Source: Corynebacterium sp. (lineage in GTDB: Bacteria > Actinomycetota > Actinomycetes > Mycobacteriales > Mycobacteriaceae). From it: DNA of 64,000 nt. The position numbers were made by a program, and so were the translations under genes. Location of the stretch: NCBI GenBank assembly GCA_030531005.1, contig JAUMTW010000004.1, forward strand, positions 170,917 through 234,916, given 5' to 3'. This document shows, piece by piece, positions 21,709-32,759 of this stretch; position 1 is the stretch's first letter; the number at the start of each line of letters is the position of its first letter. The notes beneath the pieces are model-generated. The model was given only the letters and a program-made list of their open reading frames with translations, was not told the origin of the DNA and searched no databases.

Positions 21709-22791
21709 ATGAACGCAATTTCAAAGCTGCGCGACCTAGGTACCTCCACCTGGTTGGATGACCTTTCCCGCGAGCGCATCCACAGCGGCAACTTAGCAGA
21801 ACTCATCCAAAGCCCCGGCATCTTGGGCGTGACCACGAACCCTGCGATCTTCGCAGCCGCTATCAGCAAGGGTGGGTCCTACGATCAGCAACTCACCAAC
21901 CTGCGCGATCAAGGATTAGACGTTGATAAAGCAGTCTACGAGTTATGCATCAAAGATGTACGTGATGCCTGCGATGTTTTCAAAGATGTTTACGAATCCA
22001 CCAATGGAGTTGATGGCCGGGTAAGCATTGAGGTTGATCCACGTATCTCCGATGATGCTGAGGCCACATTGGCACAAGCCAAGGAATTGTGGGAGCGCGT
22101 TGGTCGTGAAAACCTCATGATCAAGATTCCTGCTACCCCAGGTTCTTTGCCAGCTATCACTGCTGCTTTAGCTGCAGGCATTAGCGTTAACGTTACCTTG
22201 ATCTTCTCGCTGGCCCGCTATAAAGAAGTTCTCGACGCGTACATCGCTGGCATTCGGCAAGCTGCAGCCGCTGGCAAGGATGTTTCTACGATTCATTCGG
22301 TAGCTTCCTTCTTTGTTTCACGTCTGGACACCGAAGTTGATAAGCGCCTTGAGGCTCTGGGAACAGAGGACGCCACCGCTTTGCTACACCAGGCCGGTAT
22401 TGCCAATGCCCAGGCTGCCTATGGCCTATTCCAGGAATCGTTCGCTCGGGCTGAACTCCCAGCAGGCGCCAATGTTCAGCGCCCACTGTGGGCATCCACC
22501 GGCGTCAAGGATCCAGCCCTGCCAGCTGATAGTTACGTTGTGAATCTCGCTGGTCCTCACACCGTGAACACCATGCCAGAGCCCACTGTTAATGCCACCG
22601 TTGAGGGCAACAATGTGGCATCCGATACTCTGAGCAATGCCGATGAGCATGCTCATGAGGTACTGGAGGCCTTAACCAAGGTCGGCATTGATCTCGATGA
22701 TGTTTTCGATGTACTCGAGCGTGAAGGCGTTGAAAAGTTCGTTGCTGCTTGGAACGATCTTCTGGACACTATGCAACAGCGCTTGTCCTAA
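21709..22791 (+). CDS. tal: Transaldolase (actinobacterial long form)
   Basis: LGTSTWLDDLSRERI..GVTTNPAIFAAAI and the Schiff-base Lys region IKIPATPGSLPAI. Confidence 0.9.
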   Translation: MNAISKLRDLGTSTWLDDLSRERIHSGNLAELIQSPGILGVTTNPAIFAAAISKGGSYDQQLTNLRDQGLDVDKAVYELCIKDVRDACDVFKDVYESTNGVDGRVSIEVDPRISDDAEATLAQAKELWERVGRENLMIKIPATPGSLPAITAALAAGISVNVTLIFSLARYKEVLDAYIAGIRQAAAAGKDVSTIHSVASFFVSRLDTEVDKRLEALGTEDATALLHQAGIANAQAAYGLFQESFARAELPAGANVQRPLWASTGVKDPALPADSYVVNLAGPHTVNTMPEPTVNATVEGNNVASDTLSNADEHAHEVLEALTKVGIDLDDVFDVLEREGVEKFVAAWNDLLDTMQQRLS

Positions 22792-22807
22792 TCCCTTTGT
22801 CCTTTCA

Positions 22808-22846
22808 TGCAGGATTCTCTTCCTAACGATCCTGATTAATCCTGCA
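22808..22846 (+). other. Inter-cistronic stem-loop between tal and zwf
   Basis: TGCAGGATT-21 nt-AATCCTGCA, a perfect 9-bp inverted repeat with an inner AGGAT/ATCCT pair. Confidence 0.5.
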
Positions 22847-22863
22847 ATGTTCGTCTACATAGA

Positions 22864-24408
22864 TTGGTAATTGTGTCTGCGAAACAATTGAGCGTAAATC
22901 CTCTTCGCCAAGGTGAAGATAAGCGCCTACCCCGCATCGCTGGGCCTTCTGGCCTCGTGATCTTCGGCGTCACCGGCGACTTAGCCAAAAAGAAACTGCT
23001 GCCTGCAGTTTATGATCTCGCACACCGCGGCCTGTTGCCTGCTGGCTTCTGCCTTATTGGCTATGGCCGCCGCGATTGGTCTGATGAAACATTCGCAGGC
23101 TATGTGCGTGAAGCAGTCGAAGCCGGGGCACGCACTCACTTCGACGAGAACGTCTGGGCTCGTTTGGCTGAGGGCATTCACTTCGTCACTGGCAACTTCG
23201 ATGATGACGAAGCCTTTGATAAGCTCGCTGCTACCCTAAAAGCTCAAGACGATGCAGGTCGAACCGCAGGTAACTGGGCCTTCTACCTCTCGGTACCCCC
23301 AGACTACTTCTCTGCTGTGTGCTACCAGCTGCAGCGATCCGGGATGAATAAGACCACCGAAAATACCTGGCGTCGCGTCATCATTGAAAAACCATTCGGC
23401 CACAATGAGGAAACGGCACAAAAGCTGAATTCGCTGGTTAATTCGGTCTTCCCCGAGAAGTCTGTGTTCCGCATCGATCACTACCTCGGCAAAGAAACCG
23501 TGCAGAATATTCTCGCACTGCGATTTGCGAACCAGCTCTTTGATCCATTGTGGAATGCGCACTATGTGGACCACGTACAGATCACCATGGCCGAAGACAT
23601 CGGCTTGGGTGGCCGTGCGGGCTACTATGATGGCATCGGCGCTGCCCGCGACGTGATCCAAAACCACCTAATCCAGCTGCTAGCCTTGATTGCTATGGAA
23701 GAGCCAGTCGCGCTTACCCCAGCAGAGTTGCAAGCAGAAAAGATCAAGGTTTTGCGCGCTACCCGCGCGTTGGAGCCATTCTCCAAGACTACTGCCCGTG
23801 GCCAATACGGAGCCGGTTGGCAAGGTTCGGAACCAGTAATCGCCTTGCGCGACGAAGCAGGCTTTGACCCGCAGTCCACGACCGAGACCTACGCAGCCTG
23901 CACTTTGGAGGTCAATACCCGTCGTTGGGCTGGCGTTCCTTTCTACCTGCGCACTGGTAAGCGCTTAGGACGCCGCGTAACCGAGATCGCCATTGTGTTC
24001 AAGGAAGCACCACATCAGCCCTTTGATGAGGGATCACGTGGAACCCAGGGCAATAACGTGGTGGTCATCCGGGTGCAGCCTGATGAGGGCATGTTGATGC
24101 GCTTTGGTTCTAAGGTTCCTGGCTCTGGCATGGAGGTTCGTGATGTGAACATGGACTTCTCCTACTCCGAGTCTTTCACCGAAGAGTCACCTGAAGCATA
24201 TGAGCGATTGATCTTGGATGCGTTGCTTGATGAGGCCAGCTTGTTCCCCACGAATGAAGAGGTGGAATTGAGTTGGAAGATTCTCGATCCGGTGTTGGAG
24301 TATTGGGCGCAACGCGGCCAACCAGAGGAATATCCTGCCGGTACTTGGGGTCCTGCTTCCGCTGATGCCATGCTGGCCCGTACCGGACGCAGCTGGCGTC
24401 GCCCCTAG
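22864..24408 (+). CDS. zwf: Glucose-6-phosphate 1-dehydrogenase
   Basis: NADP-binding motif GVTGDLAKKKL and active-site motif RIDHYLGKE. Confidence 0.9.
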   Translation: MVIVSAKQLSVNPLRQGEDKRLPRIAGPSGLVIFGVTGDLAKKKLLPAVYDLAHRGLLPAGFCLIGYGRRDWSDETFAGYVREAVEAGARTHFDENVWARLAEGIHFVTGNFDDDEAFDKLAATLKAQDDAGRTAGNWAFYLSVPPDYFSAVCYQLQRSGMNKTTENTWRRVIIEKPFGHNEETAQKLNSLVNSVFPEKSVFRIDHYLGKETVQNILALRFANQLFDPLWNAHYVDHVQITMAEDIGLGGRAGYYDGIGAARDVIQNHLIQLLALIAMEEPVALTPAELQAEKIKVLRATRALEPFSKTTARGQYGAGWQGSEPVIALRDEAGFDPQSTTETYAACTLEVNTRRWAGVPFYLRTGKRLGRRVTEIAIVFKEAPHQPFDEGSRGTQGNNVVVIRVQPDEGMLMRFGSKVPGSGMEVRDVNMDFSYSESFTEESPEAYERLILDALLDEASLFPTNEEVELSWKILDPVLEYWAQRGQPEEYPAGTWGPASADAMLARTGRSWRRP

Positions 24409-24438
24409 GCATTGGAGTAAGAGAAAAGAAACACGATT

Positions 24439-25422
24439 ATGATTATTGATCTCCCAAACACCAATACCCAGGAAATCTCCAAGGCATTAGTACGCATTCG
24501 CGATCTCGGTGGCCAGGTTTCCACCTCGCGGGTACTCACGTTGATTGCCCAGTTGGAAGCTTCTGATGATATTGCATCCATCGTTAGGGCAGCGAGTGAG
24601 GCGTCACGCGAGCATCCATCGCGTGTGATCATCCTGGTACATCACGAGCACCGCGAACCAGGTGAGCCAGAGATAGATGGCTCAAAGATTGATGCTGAGG
24701 TACGTATCGGTGGTGATGCCGGCGCCTCTGAGATGATCATCATCCACCTCTACGGTGACGTGGTCCGCCACCAGCTCAATGTGGTAATGCCGTTGCTGCT
24801 GCCAGATACCCCTATCGTCGCGTGGTGGCCTTTTAAGGCTCCAGTTGATACCGCAGCAGATCCTATTGGCTCCATTGCGCAGCGTCGTATCACTGATATG
24901 ACTGCTGGTCATAGTAGCGATGCCTTGTATAACCGCCGTAATAACTACCACCCTGGCGACTCCGATCTGGCCTGGGCGCGCCTAACTCCATGGCGCGGAG
25001 TCGTTGCGTCGGCGCTTGATCAACCACCACTGGCCGAGGTTACTGCGGCAAAGGTATCTGGATTTTCCGATTGTCCAAGTGCTGACCTTGCTGCCGCGTG
25101 GCTGAGTGCCCGGCTGGGTACTGAAGTCCAGCGTTCTTCAATTGGGCAAGGTGCCGTTGCCTTTGATGAGTCCGGTTTATCGACCATTCCGGTTGCTACT
25201 TTGGAGTTCACGACTACCCGCGGCACCATTACCATCACCGCGGGAGAAGATGAACAAACCATCGAGGTACGTGCCTACGACCATGCCCCGGCTCTGGTTG
25301 CGGTATCACGGCGCAGCGAAGCTGACTGCCTTGCTGAAGAATTACGCCACCTTGACCCCGATGTGGCATATGCCGGCGCCTTGCGCAGCTTAGATCGCGT
25401 GCAATTTAGCATTGATGCTTAA
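24439..25422 (+). CDS. opcA: OpcA, glucose-6-phosphate dehydrogenase assembly/effector protein
   Basis: 327 aa, co-linear with zwf. Conserved blocks include SREHPSRVIILV and EVRIGGDAGASEMII. Confidence 0.9.
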   Translation: MIIDLPNTNTQEISKALVRIRDLGGQVSTSRVLTLIAQLEASDDIASIVRAASEASREHPSRVIILVHHEHREPGEPEIDGSKIDAEVRIGGDAGASEMIIIHLYGDVVRHQLNVVMPLLLPDTPIVAWWPFKAPVDTAADPIGSIAQRRITDMTAGHSSDALYNRRNNYHPGDSDLAWARLTPWRGVVASALDQPPLAEVTAAKVSGFSDCPSADLAAAWLSARLGTEVQRSSIGQGAVAFDESGLSTIPVATLEFTTTRGTITITAGEDEQTIEVRAYDHAPALVAVSRRSEADCLAEELRHLDPDVAYAGALRSLDRVQFSIDA

Positions 25423-25528
25423 TCAGTCGTGCTTAACAGCGGCGATGAGGGCCTGCATCCGATAAGCCCATTCCCAAACGTCGTGCCATTGTGAAGTTGG
25501 CCAGACAATCTGCAAGGAGAATATAATA

Positions 25529-26239
25529 ATGGTAGAAATCGTTACGGTCGCAGACCGCGATGCCCTCGTGGCCAAGGCTGCGCAGGATATCCAAGAAGTC
25601 GTAGCAGCGGTCCGTGAAAACGGTGGTCGCCATGGTGATGGCATTGCCCGTATTGTTCTCACCGGTGGCGGTGCTGGTATAGGTACCCTCAATGCACTGG
25701 CCGCCCAGGGTGCTGAGTTCGGTGATGTGCACTTCTTCTTCGGCGATGAGCGCAATGTACCGGTCACAGATCCTGAGTCCAATCAAGGCCAAGCTACTGC
25801 GGCTTTGAAGGCAATTGGTGCGGATCCTGCACGGGTGCACGGTTATCATTTGGGCGAGCTCAATCTCGAGCAAGCAACACGAGCATATAACGAAATCTTG
25901 GCTGAGTTCGCGCCGAAAGGTTTCGATCTGCACCTGCTCGGCATGGGTGGTGAAGGGCATATCAATTCCCTCTTTCCCCATACTGATGCCTTGGCTGAAT
26001 CCGAGCAGCTCGTTGTTGCCGTCTATCATTCTCCGAAGCCCCCAGCAGAGCGGGTCACCCTCACCTTGCCTGCCGTGCATAACTCGGCAGAGGTGTGGTT
26101 GTTAGTCTCTGGTGCGGAGAAAGCCGAAGCAGCAGCTGCAGTTGTCAATCATGCTGATGGGCAACAGTGGCCTGCAGCAGCCGCGAATGCAACCCGCTTG
26201 TATTTAGCCGATGATGCTGCAGGTGAGTTGCATAGCTAA
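25529..26239 (+). CDS. pgl: 6-phosphogluconolactonase
   Basis: 236 aa, the DevB/Pgl family; GDERNVP and LLGMGGEGHINSLFP motifs are present. Confidence 0.85.
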   Translation: MVEIVTVADRDALVAKAAQDIQEVVAAVRENGGRHGDGIARIVLTGGGAGIGTLNALAAQGAEFGDVHFFFGDERNVPVTDPESNQGQATAALKAIGADPARVHGYHLGELNLEQATRAYNEILAEFAPKGFDLHLLGMGGEGHINSLFPHTDALAESEQLVVAVYHSPKPPAERVTLTLPAVHNSAEVWLLVSGAEKAEAAAAVVNHADGQQWPAAAANATRLYLADDAAGELHS

Positions 26240-26314
26240 CCGGTTAGCCTGGGCTCGTCTGGGGCTACTCTTTAGCCCACCCCGAAATTTGTAGCAGGCA
26301 TTCACGCAACATAA

Positions 26315-26352
26315 CGCCCTTGCACTTCATTGCGAGTGCAGGGGCGTTTTCC
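26315..26352 (+). terminator. Rho-independent terminator of the tkt-tal-zwf-opcA-pgl operon
   Basis: CGCCCTTGCACT-8 nt-AGTGCAGGGGCG followed by TTTTCC. Confidence 0.75.
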
Positions 26353-26412
26353 TATGCCTAAGTCCAGCTAAGCAGTGACGCTGGATGGGAACTTCACCGC
26401 TCTATGAGCATG

Positions 26413-26453
26413 AAAAAAGCTAGGTACCACCACAAAGTGGGGAACCTAGCTTT
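26413..26453 (-). terminator. Rho-independent terminator of secG (minus strand)
   Basis: AAAGCTAGGT-18 nt-ACCTAGCTTT. The minus-strand transcript continues TTTTTTCATG. Confidence 0.75.
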
Positions 26454-26491
26454 CGAGCATTCCGGCGTCCTTTGCAGGTACCGCGCGAGAT

Positions 26492-26725
26492 TTAGGCGTA
26501 TGCCTGAATCAGGTTGAGCGCTACGATGCAGGTGATCCAAATCAGCGCCATCATAACGGTTACGCGATCGAGGTTCTTTTCAACCACAGTAGAACCAGAG
26601 AGATTAGACTGCACACCGCCACCGAAGAGGCTGGAGAGTCCACCGCCCTTGCCTCGGTGCAAGAGCACGAAGAGCGTCATGATCACGCTGGCAACAACCA
26701 AGATGATTTCAAGCGCTAGTATCAT
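26492..26725 (-). CDS. secG: Preprotein translocase subunit SecG
   Basis: 77 aa, two TM helices and a Gly-rich loop (GKGGGLSSLFGGG). Confidence 0.85.
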   Translation of the reverse strand: MILALEIILVVASVIMTLFVLLHRGKGGGLSSLFGGGVQSNLSGSTVVEKNLDRVTVMMALIWITCIVALNLIQAYA

Positions 26726-26771
26726 GAATTTCCTTTACGATTTCAACAGTAATTGGAGCAAACAGCCAAGT

Positions 26772-26814
26772 GCCTGCTCTTTCTGTGCATTAACTATACA
26801 CGTTAAGAGCAGGC
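26772..26814. other. Stem-loop between tpi and secG
   Basis: GCCTGCTCTT-23 nt-AAGAGCAGGC, a perfect 10-bp inverted repeat with no clear U-tract. Possible processing or partial termination site. Confidence 0.5.
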
Positions 26815-26859
26815 GTGGCATATTGTGCTACAGGCGTGTCGTATGAAGCCTAGGCTTTG

Positions 26860-27642
26860 TTAGGCCAGCGCGGCACCAGCATTGGCAGCCAACTCGGCGA
26901 ATGCTTCACCATCGAGGGAAGCGCCACCAACGAGGCCGCCGTCAACGTCAGGCTGGCTCACGATCTCTGCAACGGAAGAAGCCTTCACAGAACCACCGTA
27001 GAGAATGCGGATACCGGCAGCGGTCTCTTCATCAGCAAGTTCAGCAATGAGCTTACGAATTGCAGCACATACCTCCTGGGCATCAGCTGCAGAAGCAACC
27101 TTGCCGGTACCGATAGCCCAGACTGGCTCGTAGGCGATTACGGTATTCTGCAGGTCTTTGGCATCAAAGCCAGCCAAGGAATTGCGGGTCTGCTCGACAA
27201 CGAACTCAACGTGGGTGCCCTTTTCCCGGATCTCCAGGGGCTCGCCAACGCAGACAATTGGGCTCATGCCGTGTGCTAGGGCAGCCTTGGACTTTGCGGC
27301 AACCTGAGCATCGGTTTCACCGTGGTACTCGCGGCGCTCGGAGTGGCCGGTAACAACCCAAGTCACACCCAGCTTCTCGAGCATGGTGGCAGATACTTCA
27401 CCGGTATATGCGCCGGCCTCGTGCTCGGAAACATCCTGAGCACCGTAGGTGATTTGGAGCTTATCTGCATCAACCAGGGTTTGTACCGAGCGGATGTCGG
27501 TGAATGGGACAGTCACTGCCACATCAACCTGCTCGTAGGCTTCCTTTGGAAGAGCAAAAGCGAGCTTCTGTACGGTGGCAACTGCCTGGTGGTGATCCAG
27601 GTTCATCTTCCAGTTGCCGGCAATCAAAGGCTTACGTGCCAT
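26860..27642 (-). CDS. tpiA: Triosephosphate isomerase
   Basis: [14 protein letters not shown] and [11 protein letters not shown] motifs. Confidence 0.95.
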   Translation of the reverse strand: MARKPLIAGNWKMNLDHHQAVATVQKLAFALPKEAYEQVDVAVTVPFTDIRSVQTLVDADKLQITYGAQDVSEHEAGAYTGEVSATMLEKLGVTWVVTGHSERREYHGETDAQVAAKSKAALAHGMSPIVCVGEPLEIREKGTHVEFVVEQTRNSLAGFDAKDLQNTVIAYEPVWAIGTGKVASAADAQEVCAAIRKLIAELADEETAAGIRILYGGSVKASSVAEIVSQPDVDGGLVGGASLDGEAFAELAANAGAALA

Positions 27643-27689
27643 AGTGATATTCCTTCTTTTTTTACTTCGTGCAATTATCGCGGCGGGAA

Positions 27690-28904
27690 TTACGATTCCA
27701 GTACAGAAACGCCTGGTAGTTCCTTGCCCTCAAGGAACTCGAGGGATGCGCCACCACCGGTGGAGATGTGGCTGAAGCCATCCTCATCCAAGCCAAGGGT
27801 GCGAACTGCAGCAGCGGAGTCGCCACCACCAACAACGGAGAATGCGCCATCCTTGGTTGCAGCAATGATGGCTTCTGCCACCCCGCGGGTGCCATCCGAG
27901 AATGCCTCGAACTCGAACACGCCCATTGGGCCGTTCCAGAAGACGGTCTTTGCAGTTGCCAATACCTCAGCGAATTTCTCAACGGACTTTGGTCCAATAT
28001 CCAGGGACTCCCAGCCCTCAGGGATCTCGTCGAGAGCAACGATCTTCTTTTCAGCCTCTGGCCCGAATTCCTTCGCAGCAGTCAGATCTACCGGAAGAAC
28101 GATCTTCTCGCCATAGGTTTCCAAAAGCTTCTTGCAGGTTTCGATCTGCTCTTCTTGTAGCAGAGAGTTCTGCACGTTGATGCCCTGAGATGCCAAGAAG
28201 GTGTAGCACATGCCACCACCAATGATCAGCTTGTCAGCCTTGGTAGCAAGGGCCTCAATAACGCCAAGCTTGTCGGAAACCTTTGCACCGCCAAGTACAA
28301 CCACGTATGGGCGCTCTGGGTTGGAGGCAACAGAGGAAAGGACCTTGACTTCCTTCTCTACCAAGTTGCCAGCGTAGTGTGGCAGACGCTTGGCGACATC
28401 ATACACGGATGCCTGGGCACGGTGGACAACACCGAAACCATCAGAAACGAAGGCACCGTTGTCGCCAGTCAGTGCAACCAATTGGTCTGCGAATGCACCG
28501 CGCTCTGCCTCATCCTTGCTAGTCTCGCGAGGATCGAAGCGAACGTTTTCCAACAGCAGCACGTCGCCGTCATTGAGGCCGTTTGCGCGCTCATGGGCAT
28601 CTTCACCTACTACGTCGCCGGCCAGAGCAACATACTGGCCCAAAGCCTCGGACAGGGCTTCTGCTACAGGAGCCAGGGAGAACTTTTCATTAACCTCACC
28701 CTTTGGGCGACCCAAGTGAGCCATCAGGATAACGCGAGCACCGGCATCAACCAGAGTCTTAATGGTTGGCAGGGATGCGGTGATACGTCCCGCATCGGTG
28801 ATTTCGCGGTCGTCGTTCAAAGGCACGTTGAAGTCAGAGCGCACGAGCACGTGGCGGCCTTCAACACCGTCGTTGATAAGATCTTGCAGATTTTTTACAG
28901 CCAT
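27690..28904 (-). CDS. pgk: Phosphoglycerate kinase
   Basis: 404 aa; RSDFNVP hinge motif and GGGASLE motif. SD sequence AAAGGAAG upstream of ATG 28904. Confidence 0.95.
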   Translation of the reverse strand: MAVKNLQDLINDGVEGRHVLVRSDFNVPLNDDREITDAGRITASLPTIKTLVDAGARVILMAHLGRPKGEVNEKFSLAPVAEALSEALGQYVALAGDVVGEDAHERANGLNDGDVLLLENVRFDPRETSKDEAERGAFADQLVALTGDNGAFVSDGFGVVHRAQASVYDVAKRLPHYAGNLVEKEVKVLSSVASNPERPYVVVLGGAKVSDKLGVIEALATKADKLIIGGGMCYTFLASQGINVQNSLLQEEQIETCKKLLETYGEKIVLPVDLTAAKEFGPEAEKKIVALDEIPEGWESLDIGPKSVEKFAEVLATAKTVFWNGPMGVFEFEAFSDGTRGVAEAIIAATKDGAFSVVGGGDSAAAVRTLGLDEDGFSHISTGGGASLEFLEGKELPGVSVLES

Positions 28905-28995
28905 GTTTGTCTTCCTTTATTCCGTTTATATGGGTGAAGTACTTCTATGGATTTTCACTGCTCTCGCCGAGGAAAGCAAGGGTGATAGCGACAGC

Positions 28996-29035
28996 GGCCC
29001 GCGGCGCACCACAACTGGTAGTGCACACGCGGGCC
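28996..29035 (-). other. Stem-loop in the gap-pgk intergenic region (partial terminator or RNA-processing element)
   Basis: GGCCCGCG-24 nt-CGCGGGCC, a perfect 8-bp GC stem. It lies 33 nt downstream of the gap stop. Confidence 0.5.
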
Positions 29036-29067
29036 ACTTGAGTTACCTCATCGTCGTAATGAAGGTA

Positions 29068-30084
<1,017 letters not shown>

Positions 30085-31093
30085 TCAAATATAGAGAGTG
30101 ATACGTTCTGCCGGTTACACCGTTTGGTGCAACTCAGCCTCGATTCCCGAGTCTACCGGGCATTGGAAGAATCTGCAGAAATTTGGGTTTTGTTTTAGTT
30201 GTGACTATTTTTGCCCGATTAGCTTGTGCCCCCATCACGGGGTAAACGGACTGTTTCTTTTGCCCGAACAAACATGACCTTGCTTTCACATCCGTCACAC
30301 AGGCCGTTCAAAGCCCCATAAAGCACAGATTCAATAACAGTAAAACTTGTTTTTTATCATGCGGGGTGAACCTAATCACAATCAATTAATACCAACGAAT
30401 AAAACCACAAATTCCCACACTTTGAACGCGCATGAACAATTGGGAACAGAGTTAAATGAGCGTCCACTCTCCTACTATAAGCGTAAAACATCCGGTTACT
30501 ACGGGCGCCACACAGGTTCTATCAGAGGGCTTTCGGGTTTGGCACCACGATGAAAGCCCGAGAGCTCGAGCCGGGATTACTCGCTCAGATTTCTGCCCAA
30601 AAGTTCTGCAGGAATTTCAGCCCGGAATTTCACTCCGAGATAAAACCGACAAGAAAGACCCCACGGCGAGCAGGCTGGCCTCCTGACCCTCTCCACCACC
30701 CAATTTCCTTACATCCAGCTTATATTCAGGACCAGGTCCGCCCAGCTTTGGGTGGCTCCAGACCACATGATTAAGTCAGTCGACACGAACAATAATTTGA
30801 ATTTCCAAGAAGGATTTCGCCAAGCTTTCCGCCTTTTCAGAGGCCTGTTGTTAGCCCATAAAATCCAGTTCACACCAAAGCTTCAAGCAAACGAATATAT
30901 CTATATATAAATAGAAACTCTATATGACCAGGTCTTATCACTAAAATTCCCAAACTTTTCATTAATTTCTGACGGTTCCGTTACCGAATTTAGGGTCGCC
31001 TGATGTACGCTCATGGGGTGCTATCCGTGCACCTTATTAGCTCCATAACAGGCGCTAATTTTTGGCTTCCTAGTCCCATAGAAGGGGGGAATC

Positions 31094-32575
31094 ATGACCG
31101 ATGTTACCTGGCAGGCGATCTGCATGATCATTTACGCTGTCGCGATGGTGATGATTGGCCTATTTGCGTACAACCGCACCAGCGATATTGATGACTATAT
31201 GCTTGGTGGTCGCGGTCTCGGCCCCGCGGTTGCGGCACTCTCAGCTGGTGCCTCTGATATGTCCGGTTGGCTCCTCATGGGTCTACCTGGCGCCATTTAC
31301 CTCTCCGGTTTGATTGAGGGTTGGATTGCTGTTGGTTTGACCATTGGCGCGTGGGTGAACTGGAAGGTTGTTGCACCACGACTTCGCGCATATTCGCAGG
31401 TTGCGAAGAATTCCATTACGATCCCTTCCTTTTTGGGGTCGCGCTTGCATGATTCATCCCGGTTGATTCGGGTGTTAGCGGGCATCATCATTATGCTCTT
31501 CTATATTTTCTACGTCTCCTCTGGCATGGTTGCAGGCGGTACGTTCTTCGAGTCTTCCTTCGGTCTGAACTACCACTTGGGCATGGTCATGGTTTCCGCA
31601 GTGGTTGTGCTCTATACCCTTGTGGGCGGCTTCCTTGCGGTTTCTTGGACTGATGTCGTGCAAGGGCTAATGATGTGTACTGCCCTGGTGTTGGTGCCTA
31701 TTGCTGGCATTATTCACGTAGGTGGCCCTTCTGAAATGATCAATAATATCGAAGCTGTGGATCCAGGCATGTTCTCCTGGACTGGCGGCGCTTTGACTGG
31801 CGCTACGGTGATGTCGATCATTTCGGCTCTGGCTTGGGGCTTGGGCTATTTTGGTCAGCCTCATATCATTGTTCGCTTTATGGCTCTGCGAACTGCGTCT
31901 GAGGCAAAAAGCGCACGCCGTATTGGTATTGGTTGGATGCTGCTCTCGGTCCTTGGCGCCGGTATGACTGCCCTTGTTGGTGTGGCCGTGTATCAGCATG
32001 ATACTGCGCAGCTAGCAAACCCCGAGTCTGTGTTTATTAGCTTGGGCCAGCTTCTCTTCCACCCTGCTATTGCTGGCTTTATGTTGGCTGCTATTTTGGC
32101 TGCGATTATGTCCACCATTTCTTCCCAGCTGTTGGTTACTTCTTCTGCTGTGGTTGAGGATATTTATCGCGCTTTTAGCAAGCGTGATTTGGCTGCTAAA
32201 GATGGTGTGCTTCTATCTCGCCTTGTTGTAGCCGGTATTTCCATTGTGGCTGCTATTTTGGCGTGGAACCGTACCGACACCATTCTTGGCCTGGTCGCTT
32301 TTGCCTGGGCTGGTTTCGGTGCTGCCTTTGGTCCGATTGTTATTCTCTCCCTCTACTGGCGCAAACTCACGGTTCCTGCCGCACTTTCCGGCATGATCGT
32401 GGGCGCAGTTACTGTGGGTGTGTGGAGCAGTCTCAGCGGCGGCATCTTCGATGTTTATGAGATTCTGCCTGGCTTCATCTTCAACTTGATTGTTGCCGTT
32501 GCCGTTTCTTTGGTTACCTACAAGCCAAACCCCGCCGTTGAAGAAGAATTTGAAGCAGCTCTGAAACAACTCTGA
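31094..32575 (+). CDS. putP: Sodium/proline symporter PutP (SSF family)
   Basis: 493 aa, about 13 TM helices and SSF signature regions. SD sequence GAAGGGGGG upstream. Confidence 0.85.
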   Translation: MTDVTWQAICMIIYAVAMVMIGLFAYNRTSDIDDYMLGGRGLGPAVAALSAGASDMSGWLLMGLPGAIYLSGLIEGWIAVGLTIGAWVNWKVVAPRLRAYSQVAKNSITIPSFLGSRLHDSSRLIRVLAGIIIMLFYIFYVSSGMVAGGTFFESSFGLNYHLGMVMVSAVVVLYTLVGGFLAVSWTDVVQGLMMCTALVLVPIAGIIHVGGPSEMINNIEAVDPGMFSWTGGALTGATVMSIISALAWGLGYFGQPHIIVRFMALRTASEAKSARRIGIGWMLLSVLGAGMTALVGVAVYQHDTAQLANPESVFISLGQLLFHPAIAGFMLAAILAAIMSTISSQLLVTSSAVVEDIYRAFSKRDLAAKDGVLLSRLVVAGISIVAAILAWNRTDTILGLVAFAWAGFGAAFGPIVILSLYWRKLTVPAALSGMIVGAVTVGVWSSLSGGIFDVYEILPGFIFNLIVAVAVSLVTYKPNPAVEEEFEAALKQL

Positions 32576-32759
32576 TGACTCTTGCTAGCTTTGGGCTGTT
32601 CCTTCGATTTTGTCCAAGCTAGGCAGCTAGGCACAGTGGTGCTTGGTAGATGGCGGGCTACGCCCCCACCATCGCGACTACATTTTTCTTGCCTGTATCT
32701 ACGGCATTTGTTAACTGGATTTTTATCCGCATTTCTTTTTGTGAAGGTAAGGTCTGTAT

